A model generated the notes under the pieces. It was not told the DNA's origin and made no database searches. It saw only the letters and a program-made list of their open reading frames with translations. From Takakia lepidozioides (taxonomy: Eukaryota > Plantae > Bryophyta): 64,000 bases of DNA. The translations under genes and the position numbers were made by a program. This document shows positions 62,432 through 64,000 of this stretch, piece after piece. The DNA lies in NCBI GenBank assembly GCA_030704615.1, contig CM060734.1, forward strand, positions 25,730,001-25,794,000, in the 5' to 3' direction. The first letter of the stretch is position 1. Each line of letters opens with the position of its first letter.

Positions 62432-63127
62432 TTAATGTGGCAATAACCAAAACTCTCTTCTGTAGTACCTCTCATATATGCCCGGGTTTCTTTCAAGCTT
62501 CAATGCACCCTTGGCTATACTAGAAGTCTCCGTTACTATATAACCATATGGCAAACAAGTCTGGAAAGCTGTTCTTGGTGTGAGTTTGATCCACAGAATA
62601 TCCTTTGGAATCCAATTCTTTACCAGTACAAGCTCCTCATGCATATGAGTATAAACATTCACCTTCCTTTCCTCCCAGCCTTCAAACTCTACTCGCTTAA
62701 TGGATAGCAATGCTATCACATAAACCAGTGTTGGTAACCAACGTGCTCTTCCTCTACAGGCCACCTGATAAATCTTTATCACTCCTTTCTCCAGACCCCA
62801 CTCAGGGTCAGCATCATGCACTCTCTTAAGAATGTTTTCTTTACAACCGTCTGGCAATTCCAAGAACCTCTGAAAGAATTGTTTGGACAATCTTTCCTTC
62901 TCAGTTCCACATGGAATTTGATTCACATCAAATTCTTTAATTCTCCATCCACCATGATCCCACCAGATGCCTGTCACATCTGGTTGTTCATGACCCAGTT
63001 CCCCAGTATGGTCGCCAAATGTCGAGCGGCTTTTACTCACCCATCCCTTCGCTATCCGAGGTGGAAACTCCAAGATAGAAGAGTTGGATATCTCTAAGCA
63101 CTCAACCCGCTCAGAACAATCAGTCAT
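62432..63127 (-). CDS. Intact family A ORF0 (231 aa), unknown function
   Basis: ATG-to-stop ORF ending 20 nt before the gag ATG; conserved in all three copies. Confidence 0.8.
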   Translation of the reverse strand: MTDCSERVECLEISNSSILEFPPRIAKGWVSKSRSTFGDHTGELGHEQPDVTGIWWDHGGWRIKEFDVNQIPCGTEKERLSKQFFQRFLELPDGCKENILKRVHDADPEWGLEKGVIKIYQVACRGRARWLPTLVYVIALLSIKRVEFEGWEERKVNVYTHMHEELVLVKNWIPKDILWIKLTPRTAFQTCLPYGYIVTETSSIAKGALKLERNPGIYERYYRREFWLLPH

Positions 63128-63644
63128 GACCTGCAGCTAATGAATCATGGTTGTTCTTCCTATTTGTATTCCTTCCTGCCTTCATGTTATCAATTTATCT
63201 TACCGTGTGTACTGAAGCATCAGATTGCTTTAGTATCTACTAAGTTCCAGTTAATCATGCATTCATTCCACAGCTTCTCTCGTGTCTCTCTACACAGTAT
63301 GTTTGTATCGATTCAGTATCGGATTAAGATTAGTCATGTTTCATGCCTATGCCATGGTGTCTCTATTCTATCCTAGTGTATAATTCTACAGCTTGCATGA
63401 ACTAAGCCTCATTCAAGTCATCATCTTCTCTACACTGTTTCCCGCTCTTCGTTACGTCTCCTCCTCTCCTGAACAAGTCGCCCTCTCCTCGAAGTGATCC
63501 CCTTCCCATTGCCGCCCTCATAATCTACCCGCAAGCTGTTCTAACCACCTAACTAACTAACCGTCACCCCTGAAGTAACACGTTCCCTCTGCAGTTGTCG
63601 TTCCCTCACAGTCGTTTCCTGTCAATGATAACTGTTCCCCATGT

Positions 63645-63885
63645 ACTGTGACAGGCTGTGTCAAGCTGTGTCGGGTTGTGTAAAGCTGTGTCCGGTTGTG
63701 ACTGGCTGTGCGAAGCTGTGTCGGGCTGTGTGAAGCCGTGTCAGGCTGTGACTGGTTGTGCGAAGCTGTGTCGGGCTGTGACTGGCTGTGCGAAGCTGTG
63801 TCGGGCTGTGTGAAGCTGTGTCGGGCTGTGACTGGCTGTGCTAAGCTGTGTCGAGCTGTGTGAAGCTGTGTCGAACTGTGTAACC
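63645..63885. repeat. 10-bp GCTGTG-type minisatellite (inverse of 55220-55445)
   Basis: Regular 10-mers such as TCGGGCTGTG, CGAAGCTGTG and ACTGGCTGTG. Confidence 0.9.
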
Positions 63886-64000
63886 CCCCTAAAGCCTGCT
63901 CCTGCCACCCCTAAGGCCCCTGTTGGTCTCAGTCTGCGCAAAAATTAAGGGTACCCCACAGAACCCATAAAAGCGTCTAAGTCCCAAGCAGCCCTCTAAT

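Larger units (their letters stand above)
61369..64000 (-). mobile_element. Family A copy 3, inverted 5' fragment (leader, ORF0, gag N-part) with a duplicated ~205-bp piece at the junction
   Basis: Reverse complement of 55.1-57.4k; 61369-61571 repeats ~62086-62289. Confidence 0.88.

Overview
Eukaryotic, repeat-dense window, most likely from a non-seed land plant (inferred from a PLS-type PPR pseudogene, plant-type Ty3/gypsy elements and spliceosomal introns). No intact host gene is evident. The window is a stack of nested transposons. (1) There are three copies of a non-chromoviral gypsy family 'A' with an extra ORF upstream of gag: 1-~17.8k, 55.1-61.4k and an inverted copy at 61.4-64k. (2) There is a truncated tRNA-Met-primed gypsy 'C' plus an inverted partial LTR. 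(3) A 25.4-kb gypsy 'B' (25565-50937) is inserted in a PPR pseudogene. Its pol carries a Dnmt3-like C5 methyltransferase and a PHD finger, and its termini are permuted into an X...Y-X-Y split-repeat arrangement. (4) Two diverged ~12-13 kb Mutator-like DNA transposons (1296-13357 and 30872-44265) are each inserted in a gag gene. These two elements are the standout system. Each pairs a GCM-like/DDE/SWIM transposase with a divergently transcribed, intron-containing gene that fuses a ParB/Srx-like domain to a prokaryote-type beta-class amino (N4-C/N6-A) DNA methyltransferase fold. Their non-coding DNA and introns carry many element-specific palindromes centred on GGCGCC (parS-like). All protein calls come from motif recognition by eye; no database searches were run.
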